The notes under the pieces are model-generated. The model was not told the origin of the DNA, did not search any database, and saw only the letters and a list, made by a program, of their open reading frames with translations. From NCBI GenBank assembly GCA_043819795.1, contig JBDREN010000164.1:1-16006 (forward strand): a stretch of DNA of 16,006 bases. The letters run 5' to 3'. This document shows, piece after piece, positions 6,913-15,637 of this stretch; position 1 is the stretch's first letter; each line of letters opens with the position of its first letter. Both the position numbers and the translations under genes were made by a program. The stretch comes from Elusimicrobiota bacterium (GTDB taxonomy: Bacteria > Elusimicrobiota > Elusimicrobia > UBA1565).

Positions 6913-8259
6913 ATGAGCATCCGGAAATCGAAGAAAGCGCCCAAATGCGCCGCCTCCCGGAACCCGCGCATCGCGCATGAGCGATTTGCGCTCCCCAACG
7001 GCCTACGAGTGATCCTGGCGCCCGACCCCGCGGTCCCCGTCGCCACGGTCCTGCTCGCCGTTTCCGTGGGCTGCAGGCAGGAATCCTTCGGGCGCTCCGG
7101 CTTCGCTCACCTCTTCGAGCACCTCATGTTCGCAGGGTCGGCTCATGCCCCGAAGGGCGAATACGACAAGATCGTCGAGGGCTACGGCGGCGACGGCAAC
7201 GCGTGGATCGAGCCCGACCTGACCTTCTATGAGCAAAGCCTGCCGGCGAGCGCTCTTCCGCTCGCGCTGTGGCTGGAGGCCGACCGTCTGGGCGCGCTCG
7301 ATGTCTCGAGGAGGAGCTTGCGCAACGAGATCGAGGTGGTCAAGGAAGAACGGCGCCTTTCCTGCGACAACGAGGCCTATATGCCTCTGCTGGAGGCGGA
7401 GATCCCCGGCCGGACCTTCTCCAACTGGGCCAACGCCCATCCGATACTCGGGACTTTCGAGGACCTCGAGCGCGCGACGCTCCGGGATGTGCTCCGGTTC
7501 TTCACGGACCACTACCGCCCCTCGAACACCGTGCTCGCCGTCGTCGGCGATTTCGACCGCTCCAAGGTCCGGAAGCTGGTCGCGCGCCACTTCGGCTGGA
7601 TCACCGACCGCAAGGCGCCGCCCGCCGTCGACTTGAGCGAGCCGCCTCAAGCGGGGGAGCGCATCTTCTCGATCACCGACGCCCACGCCAAGCTGCCCGG
7701 GCTGGGCGTCGTCTGGAGCGGCATGCCCGAGCGCCGCAGCCGGGCCTACTACGCGCTCTCCCTGCTCGGGCGCTATCTGTTCATGGACGAGACCGCGCGG
7801 CTGCACCAGATCCTCGTGAAAGAGGAGCGCGTGGCCACGGCGGTGGACATCCCGTTCACGGGCGGCTTGGGTTTCCCCGGCTCGGACTTCGCGGACTACC
7901 GCGCTCCCGGCCTCTTCGGAGGCTTCATCCTCCGCAAGCCGGAAGCCGGACCGGACATGGTCAAGGCGCTTGTCTACGCCGAGGTGTCGGCGATCGCGTC
8001 CGACGGCCTGGCGGGAAAGGCCCTCAATCGCCTGAAGACCAGGTTCCGGGCGGAATGGATCCTGCGCCAGCAGACCCCGTGGGGACGCGCCAGAGCGCTG
8101 GCGAGCGCGGCCCTCCTGGACGGCGATGCGAGCGCAGCGAACGAAGAGCTCGACCGCTTTCTCTCCGTGACGCCCCAGGACATCCGCCGGGCCGCGGCGG
8201 CCCATCTGGTCCCCGAAGCCGCCAACGTATTCATCCTCCAAACGGGGAGGAAGCGGTGA
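6913..8259 (+). CDS. M16 (pitrilysin/insulinase, M16B) zinc peptidase, catalytic subunit
   Basis: LPNGLRV, GRSGFAHLFEHLMFAGS (HxxEH), LWLEADRL, EIEVVKEERR and FFTDHYRPSNTVLAVVGDFD. Confidence 0.95.
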   Translation: MSIRKSKKAPKCAASRNPRIAHERFALPNGLRVILAPDPAVPVATVLLAVSVGCRQESFGRSGFAHLFEHLMFAGSAHAPKGEYDKIVEGYGGDGNAWIEPDLTFYEQSLPASALPLALWLEADRLGALDVSRRSLRNEIEVVKEERRLSCDNEAYMPLLEAEIPGRTFSNWANAHPILGTFEDLERATLRDVLRFFTDHYRPSNTVLAVVGDFDRSKVRKLVARHFGWITDRKAPPAVDLSEPPQAGERIFSITDAHAKLPGLGVVWSGMPERRSRAYYALSLLGRYLFMDETARLHQILVKEERVATAVDIPFTGGLGFPGSDFADYRAPGLFGGFILRKPEAGPDMVKALVYAEVSAIASDGLAGKALNRLKTRFRAEWILRQQTPWGRARALASAALLDGDASAANEELDRFLSVTPQDIRRAAAAHLVPEAANVFILQTGRKR

Positions 8260-9653
8260 CCCCCTTCCCAAAACGCCCGGCGAGGGGAGCGCTCAAGGCC
8301 CCCAAAGCGGTCAATCGCGAGCGATTCAGGCTTAACAACGGCTTGGAGATCGTATTCGTTCAGGACCGCCGCTTCCCGCTTTTGACCGCGAGCCTGGCCG
8401 TTCGGGGCGGGAGCGCGTCCGTCCCGGCCGAGGACGCGGGACTCGCCGACGCTTGCGCCAGGCTGCTTACGGAAGGGACCAGGAAGCGCGGCGCCAAGGA
8501 CGTCGCCGAGAAGGCGGAGTCCTTCGGGGGGGACATCGAGGCCTTCGCGACCAAAGACCACATCATCATCGACGCGTTCGCCCTGGCCGAGCATGCCCGC
8601 GGGATGTTCGATCTCTTGGCCGAGGTCGCGCTCCGGCCGGCTTTCCCATCCAAGGAGATCGCCATCCGCAAGCGGAACATGCTCGACGAGCTCAGGCTGC
8701 TGCGCGGCCGGGCGGATGCCCTGGCCTCGGTCGCCTTTCATGAAGGCGTCTTCGGCGGCCATCCTTACGGAGTCGTTTCGGCGACGGAAGATTCGATCTC
8801 GCGGATCACCGGCGCTCGCCTGAAGCGCCTGCATGAGCGCCTCTTCTTCCCCGGCAACGCGAGTCTCGTCGTCGTCGGAGACATCACGCAGGGAAGGCTC
8901 CGGCGGGAACTGCGCCGGTCGTTCGCCTCCTGGAGGCCCGTCGACGCGCCGCCCGTCCCGCCTCCGCCCCCGCCGGACCCGGTCCCGGAGGGCGGCCGCC
9001 GCATCATCCTGCGCGACCGCCCCGGCTCCGTGCAGGCGGCGCTGCGTCTCGGCGGCCTCGCGCTCACCGAGCGGCATCCCCGCCACTATCCCCTGCTGGT
9101 CGCGAACATGGTCCTCGGGGGGCTGATCTCCTCGCGGCTCTGGGTGGATCTGCGCGAGATGAAAGGCTACACATACAGTGTCGAGTCGTCGCTCGACGCG
9201 CATCGCATGGCGGGGACGTTCCTGGTCAAGACGCAGGTCCGCACGGAAGTCACCCGGGAGGCTCTCGAGGCCGTACTCGGCCATCTTCGGCGCATGCGGG
9301 AAGAGCTGGTCACCGGCGATGAGCTCAAAGCGGCCAAGAACGTGCTCATCGGCGAATTCGCGCGCGCTCTGGCGACCCAGGAAGGCGTCGCCCGCCTCGT
9401 GCGGCACGAGCTGCTGCACGGATTGCCCCCCGACCACCTGGACGCCTTCGCGAAGAATATCCTCGGCGTCACGGCCGCGCAGGCGCGGCGGGCGGCGCGG
9501 GAATACATGGACCCGGACCGCATGCTCATCGTGCTGGTCGGGAAGGCCCGCGCTATCGAAAAGAATCTCGGCGGCCTTCTCGGCTGGCCGATCCTGCGCG
9601 GGGGACCAGCGCGAGAAAAGACGCGCCCGCGCCGGATCTCGCGCCAGGTATAA
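8256..9653 (+). CDS. M16B peptidase, non-catalytic partner subunit
   Basis: GTG 8256 overlaps the upstream stop (GTGA) with RBS ggagg at 8246-8250. LNNGLEIV; HxxEH is degenerate (GLADACARLLTEGT); FPGNASLVVVGD; R/Y motif SRLWVDLREMKGYTY. 465 aa. Confidence 0.92.
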   Translation: MTPFPKRPARGALKAPKAVNRERFRLNNGLEIVFVQDRRFPLLTASLAVRGGSASVPAEDAGLADACARLLTEGTRKRGAKDVAEKAESFGGDIEAFATKDHIIIDAFALAEHARGMFDLLAEVALRPAFPSKEIAIRKRNMLDELRLLRGRADALASVAFHEGVFGGHPYGVVSATEDSISRITGARLKRLHERLFFPGNASLVVVGDITQGRLRRELRRSFASWRPVDAPPVPPPPPPDPVPEGGRRIILRDRPGSVQAALRLGGLALTERHPRHYPLLVANMVLGGLISSRLWVDLREMKGYTYSVESSLDAHRMAGTFLVKTQVRTEVTREALEAVLGHLRRMREELVTGDELKAAKNVLIGEFARALATQEGVARLVRHELLHGLPPDHLDAFAKNILGVTAAQARRAAREYMDPDRMLIVLVGKARAIEKNLGGLLGWPILRGGPAREKTRPRRISRQV

Positions 9654-9764
9654 GACCAGCCCTCGTGCCGGCACCAAGCCCTAACCCCTTTCCCTGGCGA
9701 GCCTGGCACGGCGAGGCCGCCGCCATCGCCGTCCTCCGCGTTATGGGCTTGGCACGAAGGTCCG
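9654..9764 (+). repeat. Palindromic repeat family B, long copy (REP/MITE-like)
   Basis: Begins right after the M16 stop. ccaagccc-taac pairs with gtta-t-gggcttgg, and ccctcgtgcc pairs imperfectly with ggcacgaagg. Both ends are shared with 1639-1689. Confidence 0.8.
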
Positions 9765-9844
9765 CCTCCCGCCGCGCCTGAGGATGCTCTCCCGCAGACC
9801 CCATCCGACCTGAATGCACGCACAACCACACCCGGGGAGGAACT

Positions 9845-9977
9845 GACATAAAAATATTCTGCTGATTATATAAGCTTTATTTCTATATCATTGTCGGCAA
9901 TTTGTCCGTGACAAGTCAGCATATCCGTGTTACCCATAGTATTGAACGAAGCCGCCCCTAAGGTGAGGAGAACTGAA
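9845..9977 (+). promoter_or_regulatory. AT-rich promoter/leader and RBS of the NHL gene
   Basis: Visibly the most AT-rich stretch of the window; inverted repeat ttgtc-cgt-gacaa (9902-9914); Shine-Dalgarno-like aggtgaggag at 9961-9970. Confidence 0.55.
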
Positions 9978-12704
9978 ATGACAAGGACAGTAAGAAAAGT
10001 GTTGTGGGCCGGTTTCTTGGTTGCCGCGGCTTCGGTCGCGTGGGCGCTCCAGGCTCCGCCTGAACTCCTATGGAGGATTCCCGCGCAGCAGTGGTATTTC
10101 TACTATCCCTCCGCCATCGCCGCGGACTCTGCCGGGAATATCTACGTCGCAGATGGGACCTACCAGATTCAGAAATTGGCTTCCGACGGCACCATCTTGG
10201 CAGTGTGGGGAGGCCAAGGTTCGGGAGACGGCGAGCTCAGCAACAGTTGGGGGGTAGCCGTGGACGCAGTCGGGAATGTCTACGTCGCGGATGCCGGCAA
10301 CCAACGCATCCAGAAGTTCGACTCCAGCGGCGGCTTCGTGACGAAGTGGGGAAGCAGCGGCTCGGGAGACGGCCAGTTCTCCGGACCCCGCGGCGTAGCG
10401 GTGGACTCAGGTGGGAATGTCTACGTCGTGGAAGAGAACAACCACCGCGTCCAGAAATTCGACTCCGACGGCTCCTTCCTGGCGAAGTGGGGAAGCCTGG
10501 GCGCAGGAGACGGCGAGTTCAATAACCCCTGCGGGGTAGGCGTGGACTCATCCGGGAATGTCTACGTCGTGGATCAACGCAACCAGCGCATCCAGAAATT
10601 CACCTCCGACGGCGCCTTCCTGATGAAATGGGGCAGCCAAGGCTCGGGTTACGGCCAGTTCAGCTATCCCTTCGGCGTAGACTTCGACTCATCCGGGAAT
10701 GTCTACGTCGCGGACGGACGCAACCACCGCATCCAGAAATTCACATCCGAAGGCGCCTTCTTGAAGATGTGGGGGGGATACGGGACTACGGACGGCCGGT
10801 TCTATGAGACCCGCGGCGTGGCCGTGGACCCATCCGGAAAGGTCTACGTTGCGGATGCCTATAACGGCCGCATCCAGGTGTTCACCTCAGACGGCGCCTT
10901 CTTGACGAGATGGGCAAGCATGGGTCAAGAGGATGGCGAGTTCTTCTACCCCTATGGGATAGCCGTGTCCCCGACCGGGGATCATTTCTACGTCGTGGAT
11001 TATAACGACCGCCTCCAGAAATTCACCTCCGACGGAGCCTTCGTGACAAAGTGGGGAAGCCGAGGCTCGGGAAACGGCCAGTTCTATTCTCCCCACGGCG
11101 TGGCCGTGGACCCGTCCGGCAACGTCTACGTGGCGGACTGGTTCAACCACCGCGTCCAGAAATTCACCTCCGACGGCGCCTTCCTGACGAAGTGGGGAAG
11201 CAAAGGCTCCGGAGACGGCCAGTTCGATCAGGTAGCCGACGTAGCCGTGGACTCAGCCGGAAACGTCTACGTCGTGGATCGCTACAACCGCCGCATCCAG
11301 AAATTCACCTCCGACGGCACCTTCCTGACGAAGTGGGGGAGCAAGGGCTATAGCGGACGCGGTGAGTTCAGTCAGCCTTGGGGCATAACCGTGGACCTGG
11401 ACGGGAACGTCTACGTCGCGGACTACTATCTCCAGAAATTCACCTCCGATGGGACTTTCCTGACTCAGTGGGGAGGGAGCAGCAGCTCAGGAGACGGCCA
11501 GTTCTACTGGCCCTACAGCGTCGCCACGGATCCATCCGGGAACGTCTACATCTCGGATCAGTACAACAACCGCGTGCAGAAATTCACCTCCGAAGGCGAC
11601 TTCCTGTCGCTGTGGGGAGGAGACGGCCCGGGCCACGCGGGGTGGGGCACGGAGGACGGCCAGTTCCACTATCCCACCGGCATCGCCGTGGACTCCGACG
11701 GAAACGTCTACGTCGGGGACTACAACAACAACCGCATACAGAAATTCGCCCCAGGGGCGGCCGCGGACGCGGACGGCGACGGCGTGCCCGATGAAGAGGA
11801 CAACTGTCTGGACGCCGCGAACCCGGATCAGACGGACTCCGACGGCGACGGGGCCGGCGACCCCTGCGACGCGTGCCCCAACGACGCGGCCAACGACGCC
11901 GACGGCGACGGGGTCTGCGGCGACGTGGACCAGTGCCCCGGCCACGACGACAACGCCGACGCCGACGCCGACGGCATCCCGGACGCCTGCGACGCGGGGC
12001 CTAAGGACGCGGCCAACGACGCCGACGGCGACGGGGTCTGCGGCGACGTGGACCAGTGCCCCGGGCACAATGACAACGACGACGCGGACGGGGACCTGCA
12101 ACCCGACGCCTGCGACGCGTGTCCTAATGACGCGGCCAACGACGCCGACGGCGACGGGGTCTGCGGCGACGTGGACCGGTGCCCCGGCCACGACGACAAC
12201 GCCGACGCCGACGCCGACGGCATCCCGGACGCCTGCGACGCGTGCCCCAACGACGCGGCCAACGACGCCGACGGCGACGGGGTCTGCGGCGACGTGGACA
12301 ACTGCCCGGCCGCGCCCAACGCGAATCAGGCCGACATGGACGGCGACGGGTTCGGCGACGCCTGCGACCCCGACCGGGACGGCGACGGGATTTCGAACGC
12401 CTCCGACGGCTGCCCGGACCAGGACGCCTCCGGCCGCGACGCTGACGTGAACGGCTGCGTGGACTCGGTGGCGGACCTGGCGGACTTGGTCGGATCCGTC
12501 GGCCTGCCCAAGGGGACGACAAACTCGCTCGCGAGCAAGGCTGTGAACGCCGCGGCCGCGGCAGAGAGGGGCAAGGCGAAGCCCGCCGAGAACATCCTGA
12601 AGGCGTTCATCAACGAGGTCGAGGCCCAGCGCGGCAAGAAGATCGCGGAAGAGGACGCACAAATGCTCATCGAGTTCGCCTTGAACTCGATCGCGGGCCT
12701 TTGA
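9978..12704 (+). CDS. Secreted protein with 12 NHL repeats (two 6-bladed propellers), thrombospondin type-3-like Ca-binding repeats and a C-terminal FIMAH-like helical domain
   Basis: ATG 9978 with RBS; signal peptide ending ASVAWA; twelve F..P.GVAVD..GNVYV.D..N.RIQKF repeats; DxDGDG..D..DxCP repeats; C-terminal NSLASKA...[24 protein letters not shown]. 908 aa. Confidence 0.92.
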   Translation: MTRTVRKVLWAGFLVAAASVAWALQAPPELLWRIPAQQWYFYYPSAIAADSAGNIYVADGTYQIQKLASDGTILAVWGGQGSGDGELSNSWGVAVDAVGNVYVADAGNQRIQKFDSSGGFVTKWGSSGSGDGQFSGPRGVAVDSGGNVYVVEENNHRVQKFDSDGSFLAKWGSLGAGDGEFNNPCGVGVDSSGNVYVVDQRNQRIQKFTSDGAFLMKWGSQGSGYGQFSYPFGVDFDSSGNVYVADGRNHRIQKFTSEGAFLKMWGGYGTTDGRFYETRGVAVDPSGKVYVADAYNGRIQVFTSDGAFLTRWASMGQEDGEFFYPYGIAVSPTGDHFYVVDYNDRLQKFTSDGAFVTKWGSRGSGNGQFYSPHGVAVDPSGNVYVADWFNHRVQKFTSDGAFLTKWGSKGSGDGQFDQVADVAVDSAGNVYVVDRYNRRIQKFTSDGTFLTKWGSKGYSGRGEFSQPWGITVDLDGNVYVADYYLQKFTSDGTFLTQWGGSSSSGDGQFYWPYSVATDPSGNVYISDQYNNRVQKFTSEGDFLSLWGGDGPGHAGWGTEDGQFHYPTGIAVDSDGNVYVGDYNNNRIQKFAPGAAADADGDGVPDEEDNCLDAANPDQTDSDGDGAGDPCDACPNDAANDADGDGVCGDVDQCPGHDDNADADADGIPDACDAGPKDAANDADGDGVCGDVDQCPGHNDNDDADGDLQPDACDACPNDAANDADGDGVCGDVDRCPGHDDNADADADGIPDACDACPNDAANDADGDGVCGDVDNCPAAPNANQADMDGDGFGDACDPDRDGDGISNASDGCPDQDASGRDADVNGCVDSVADLADLVGSVGLPKGTTNSLASKAVNAAAAAERGKAKPAENILKAFINEVEAQRGKKIAEEDAQMLIEFALNSIAGL
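10098..11750 (+). repeat. Intragenic ~141 bp tandem repeats encoding NHL blades
   Basis: Recurrent blocks ccagaaattcacctccga, gtctacgtcg and gacggccagttc at roughly 141 nt spacing. Confidence 0.9.
11868..12299 (+). repeat. Intragenic 123 bp tandem repeat, ~3.5 copies (41 aa TSP3-like unit)
   Basis: Units start at 11868, 11991, 12114 and 12237; consensus [41 protein letters not shown]. Confidence 0.92.
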
Positions 12705-12793
12705 CCGATGTGGACCTCAGGGCTGAGTTTCGAAGCTCTCGGCAGTGACGGCTTGGACGGCTGCTTAAGAGCCCCGTAGATCGCCCGGATACC

Positions 12794-12830
12794 GCCGCCC
12801 GGCGTCCGCTGCGCCGGGCGGCTTCTCTTT
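12794..12830 (+). terminator. Intrinsic terminator downstream of the NHL gene
   Basis: Perfect 11 bp stem gccgcccggcg / cgccgggcggc with a 7 nt loop, followed by ttctcttt. Confidence 0.75.
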
Positions 12831-12857
12831 CCTTTCCCTAATGTGATGGATTGCGGA

Positions 12858-12886
12858 TTGTATGCGGGCCCAGAAGAATTTAGAAT
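12858..12886 (+). promoter_or_regulatory. Sigma70-type promoter for the HEAT-exbB-exbD-tonB operon
   Basis: TTGTAT (12858-12863), 17 bp spacer, TAGAAT (12881-12886). Confidence 0.65.
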
Positions 12887-12892
12887 GACTAT

Positions 12893-13729
12893 GTGGCGCG
12901 CATGTCCATAAGGTTTTTGCCGGCGCTGGCCGTCTGCTTGGCGGCCTTCTTCGGCTGCGTCCACCCCGGCGACTACGCCCCCGATCAGATCATCGACTTG
13001 GGGGAGAAGCGCGCGCCGCTGCCCCCCGTGCTTCAGAGCGACCCCCACATCATCACGACGCTCGTCGATCTCGGCGAGAAGCACGGCGACTACCGGGTCG
13101 ACGTCTCCCGGGAGAGGGACACTCCCCTGGGCGAGATCCTCCAGCTGGGCTCCCCGACCGGCTACAGCCTGCGGAACCGTTACCTGAACATCGGTGTCCC
13201 ATTGGCGGAGGCGTATTCGCGCAATGCCGATCCGGCTTTCCTGCGCAAGCTCGTTTCGATGGCCCGCTGGGACAAATCGGGGGAGGTCCGCGCGTCGGCC
13301 CTCGTCGCGCTGGCCGGCTCGGCCAAGGACGAGGCCCATCTCGATGTCTACCGCGAAGCCCTCGTCCACCTCGATCCGGCCGTCCGCTTCGGCGCGATGG
13401 AGGCCCTGTCGGTCTGGGGACACCCGGACAAGGCCGTCCCGCTGCTCTCGGCGGCCGCGGCGAGGGACGCCGAGCCGATCCTGCGCGTCTACGCGGCCGC
13501 CGTCCTGGCCCGTCTCGGGGACGCGGCGGGGCTGCCGCGCCTGCGCGCGGCGCTTGACGACCAAAGCTGGGTGGTCCGGGCGATGGCGGCGCGCTACTTG
13601 GGCGTGTTCGGGACGGCGGACGATTATGATCTGCTCGTCTCGCGCATCGGACGGGAGTCCGGCAACGATTTCGTGGTCGCCGAGTACTGCATCGCGGCCC
13701 TCAAGCTGTTCGCGAGGAAAGGCGCATGA
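12893..13729 (+). CDS. HEAT/PBS-lyase-like repeat lipoprotein
   Basis: Signal with lipobox-like AAFFG-C; HEAT-like repeats EVRASALVALA, AVRFGAMEAL, ILRVYAAAVLARLGD and WVVRAMAARYLG. Start is GTG 12893 or ATG 12902. Confidence 0.8.
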   Translation: MARMSIRFLPALAVCLAAFFGCVHPGDYAPDQIIDLGEKRAPLPPVLQSDPHIITTLVDLGEKHGDYRVDVSRERDTPLGEILQLGSPTGYSLRNRYLNIGVPLAEAYSRNADPAFLRKLVSMARWDKSGEVRASALVALAGSAKDEAHLDVYREALVHLDPAVRFGAMEALSVWGHPDKAVPLLSAAAARDAEPILRVYAAAVLARLGDAAGLPRLRAALDDQSWVVRAMAARYLGVFGTADDYDLLVSRIGRESGNDFVVAEYCIAALKLFARKGA

Positions 13730-14607
13730 GAGCTCTCGCGGCCCTGCTCATCCTCATCCCGCTGCTGCCGGCGACGGCTGCGGGCCCAGCCCCGCGCGGG
13801 AGCGCGCCCGCGCTCATCGTGGACTCGCTGGACCTGCTCGAGCTGGAGCCGCTGGTCATCACCGCCCCCCGCATGAAGATCCCGGAGAGAGCCGTGATCG
13901 ATTCCCAGATCAACATGCACCTTCTGCGCCTCCTGCGAAACCGGGCGGACGCCCGGGTCGAGGCGCAGCACCGGCTCGACGCCTCGATGGCCAGCCTCAG
14001 CAAGCTGTCCACGGCGACCGGCTTCAAGCTCAAGACGCGCTACACCGAGCTGGGCTTCCTGCTCACCGAAGGGCTCGCGGGGGTCAAGGACTTCGCGCTG
14101 GCAAACGAGCTGGAGCGGGTGGCGCGTCTCGGCACGAACGTCCAGACCCGGGCGGCGGCGATGGTCGCCTTGGCCTACACGAAAGACCAGCGCTATCTCG
14201 GCCTTTTCCAGGGAGCCATCAACGACCAGAACATCACCGTTCGCTTCGGGGCGCTGGAGGCCTTGGTCGTGATGGGAGGGCCCTCGGTCCAGTTCCTCAT
14301 TTCCAACACGGCGCGCAACGACGCCTCCCCGGCCCTGCGCGCCCACGCGGCCGTCGCCATGTGGCGGGCCGGGGACATCTACGGCCGGGAGATCCTCCTG
14401 CGCATGTACCAGGACCCGGATTGGCTCACTCGGGCGATGGCGACGACGTATCTCGGCGAACTGGGCGGCGACGACGAGTACCGCCGGCTCATGCGGCAGC
14501 TGGACACGGAGCAGGACCCCATCGTCAAGGCGGCGCTCTGCTCGGCGCTGCTGCGTCTGCAACAGTCCAAGAACAGCGGGGATACCGCTGAAGGAGTCGC
14601 GCGATGA
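13726..14607 (+). CDS. Exported HEAT-repeat protein, paralog of the upstream gene
   Basis: ATGA overlap; signal peptide MRALAALLILIPLLPATAA; QTRAAAMVALA, TVRFGALEAL, ALRAHAAVAMWRAGD and WLTRAMATTYLG. Confidence 0.82.
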   Translation: MRALAALLILIPLLPATAAGPAPRGSAPALIVDSLDLLELEPLVITAPRMKIPERAVIDSQINMHLLRLLRNRADARVEAQHRLDASMASLSKLSTATGFKLKTRYTELGFLLTEGLAGVKDFALANELERVARLGTNVQTRAAAMVALAYTKDQRYLGLFQGAINDQNITVRFGALEALVVMGGPSVQFLISNTARNDASPALRAHAAVAMWRAGDIYGREILLRMYQDPDWLTRAMATTYLGELGGDDEYRRLMRQLDTEQDPIVKAALCSALLRLQQSKNSGDTAEGVAR

Positions 14608-15233
14608 ACCTGACATTTCTGAACACCTTGGCGCTGACGGGCGGAGAGTGGGTCATCTACCTGCTCTTGATCTGCTCGGTCGTCGCCGGGGCCGTCATCC
14701 TCGAGCGGGCGATCGTGCTCTGGCGGGAGGGGGGGCATCTGACCCGGCTGCGCGAGGCGCTGGCGGGCGATCCCGGCGGGGATCTCGAGGCGATGGGGAA
14801 GGTCGTGCGGGCGCACGGGGGGGCCGCCGGACGCGTCCTGCAGGCGGGTTTCGCGCGGGTCCGCCAGGGGGCGGAGAGCGTCGCGGACCATCTGGTCGCG
14901 GCGACCCTCATCGAGAAGGTGGGGCTGGAGCGCCGCCTGCTGATCCTCGGGACATTGGGCAACAACGCCCCCTTCATCGGCTTGTTCGGGACCGTGCTGG
15001 GCGTGATCAAGGCTTTCCACGACCTCGCGCGGAAGGGATCCAACCCTGAGGCGGTCATGGAGGGGCTCTCCGAGGCGCTGATCGCGACGGCCGTCGGGCT
15101 GTTCGTGGCCATCCCCTGCGTCATTGCCTTCAACTACTTCCAGGGCAAGGTCAAGGAGCTCCTTGCCGGGACCGAGTCGCTGGGGCGGATGCTCCAGGCC
15201 CGGGCCCGCGAGGCCCAGGGGGGCGGCAAATGA
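14604..15233 (+). CDS. exbB: MotA/TolQ/ExbB proton channel family protein
   Basis: Three hydrophobic segments; LGTLGNNAPFIGLFGTVLGVIKAF and GLSEALIATAVGLFVAIP; ATGA overlap. ExbB versus TolQ cannot be resolved here. Confidence 0.92.
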   Translation: MNLTFLNTLALTGGEWVIYLLLICSVVAGAVILERAIVLWREGGHLTRLREALAGDPGGDLEAMGKVVRAHGGAAGRVLQAGFARVRQGAESVADHLVAATLIEKVGLERRLLILGTLGNNAPFIGLFGTVLGVIKAFHDLARKGSNPEAVMEGLSEALIATAVGLFVAIPCVIAFNYFQGKVKELLAGTESLGRMLQARAREAQGGGK

Positions 15234-15637
15234 CGGCGTCCACGAACGGCGGCGACGAGCAGCCGATCACCGCCATCAACGTGACGCCGCTGGTGGACAT
15301 CATCCTCGTCCTGCTCATCATCTTCATGGCCACGGCGCCGCTGATCCACCGCCGCTCCATCAAGGTCGACGTGCCCCAGGCCGTCCACCAGGAGCGCGCG
15401 ACCGTGGAGTCCGTGCCGGTCGTCTACAACAATCGGCGCGAGATATTCCTCTCAGGGAAGAAAGTGACGCGCTCGGAGCTCGCGAGCGAGCTCCGGCATC
15501 AGGCCGCAGGCCCCGGTGATACGCACGTCACCATGTCGGCGGACCAGGCGATCGCGTACGGCGAGATCGTCGGCCTGCTCGACGTGATCCGCGGGGCCGG
15601 CGTGCGAAAGATCGGGCTGGAAGTCCGGGCGCGGTGA
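15230..15637 (+). CDS. exbD: ExbD/TolR biopolymer transporter protein
   Basis: INVTPLVDIILVLLIIFMATAP with the conserved transmembrane Asp; AD...YGEIV.LLDVIRGAGVRKIGL; ATGA overlap. Confidence 0.93.
   Translation: MTASTNGGDEQPITAINVTPLVDIILVLLIIFMATAPLIHRRSIKVDVPQAVHQERATVESVPVVYNNRREIFLSGKKVTRSELASELRHQAAGPGDTHVTMSADQAIAYGEIVGLLDVIRGAGVRKIGLEVRAR

Noticed and set aside
7269..8255. N-terminal extension of the 794 aa ORF, suggesting a long overlap or frameshifted M16 fusion
   Set aside because: The extension is Arg/Gly/Pro-rich off-frame translation; the real start is GTG 8256 with an RBS and GTGA coupling.
6913..9653. M16 pair as a novel system
   Set aside because: An active plus inactive M16B heterodimer gene pair is a common, well-described arrangement.
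10098..12299. CRISPR array or diversity-generating retroelement target
   Set aside because: The repeats are in-frame coding units with no unique spacers. There is no reverse transcriptase or template repeat in the window, and the variation is not clearly adenine-specific.
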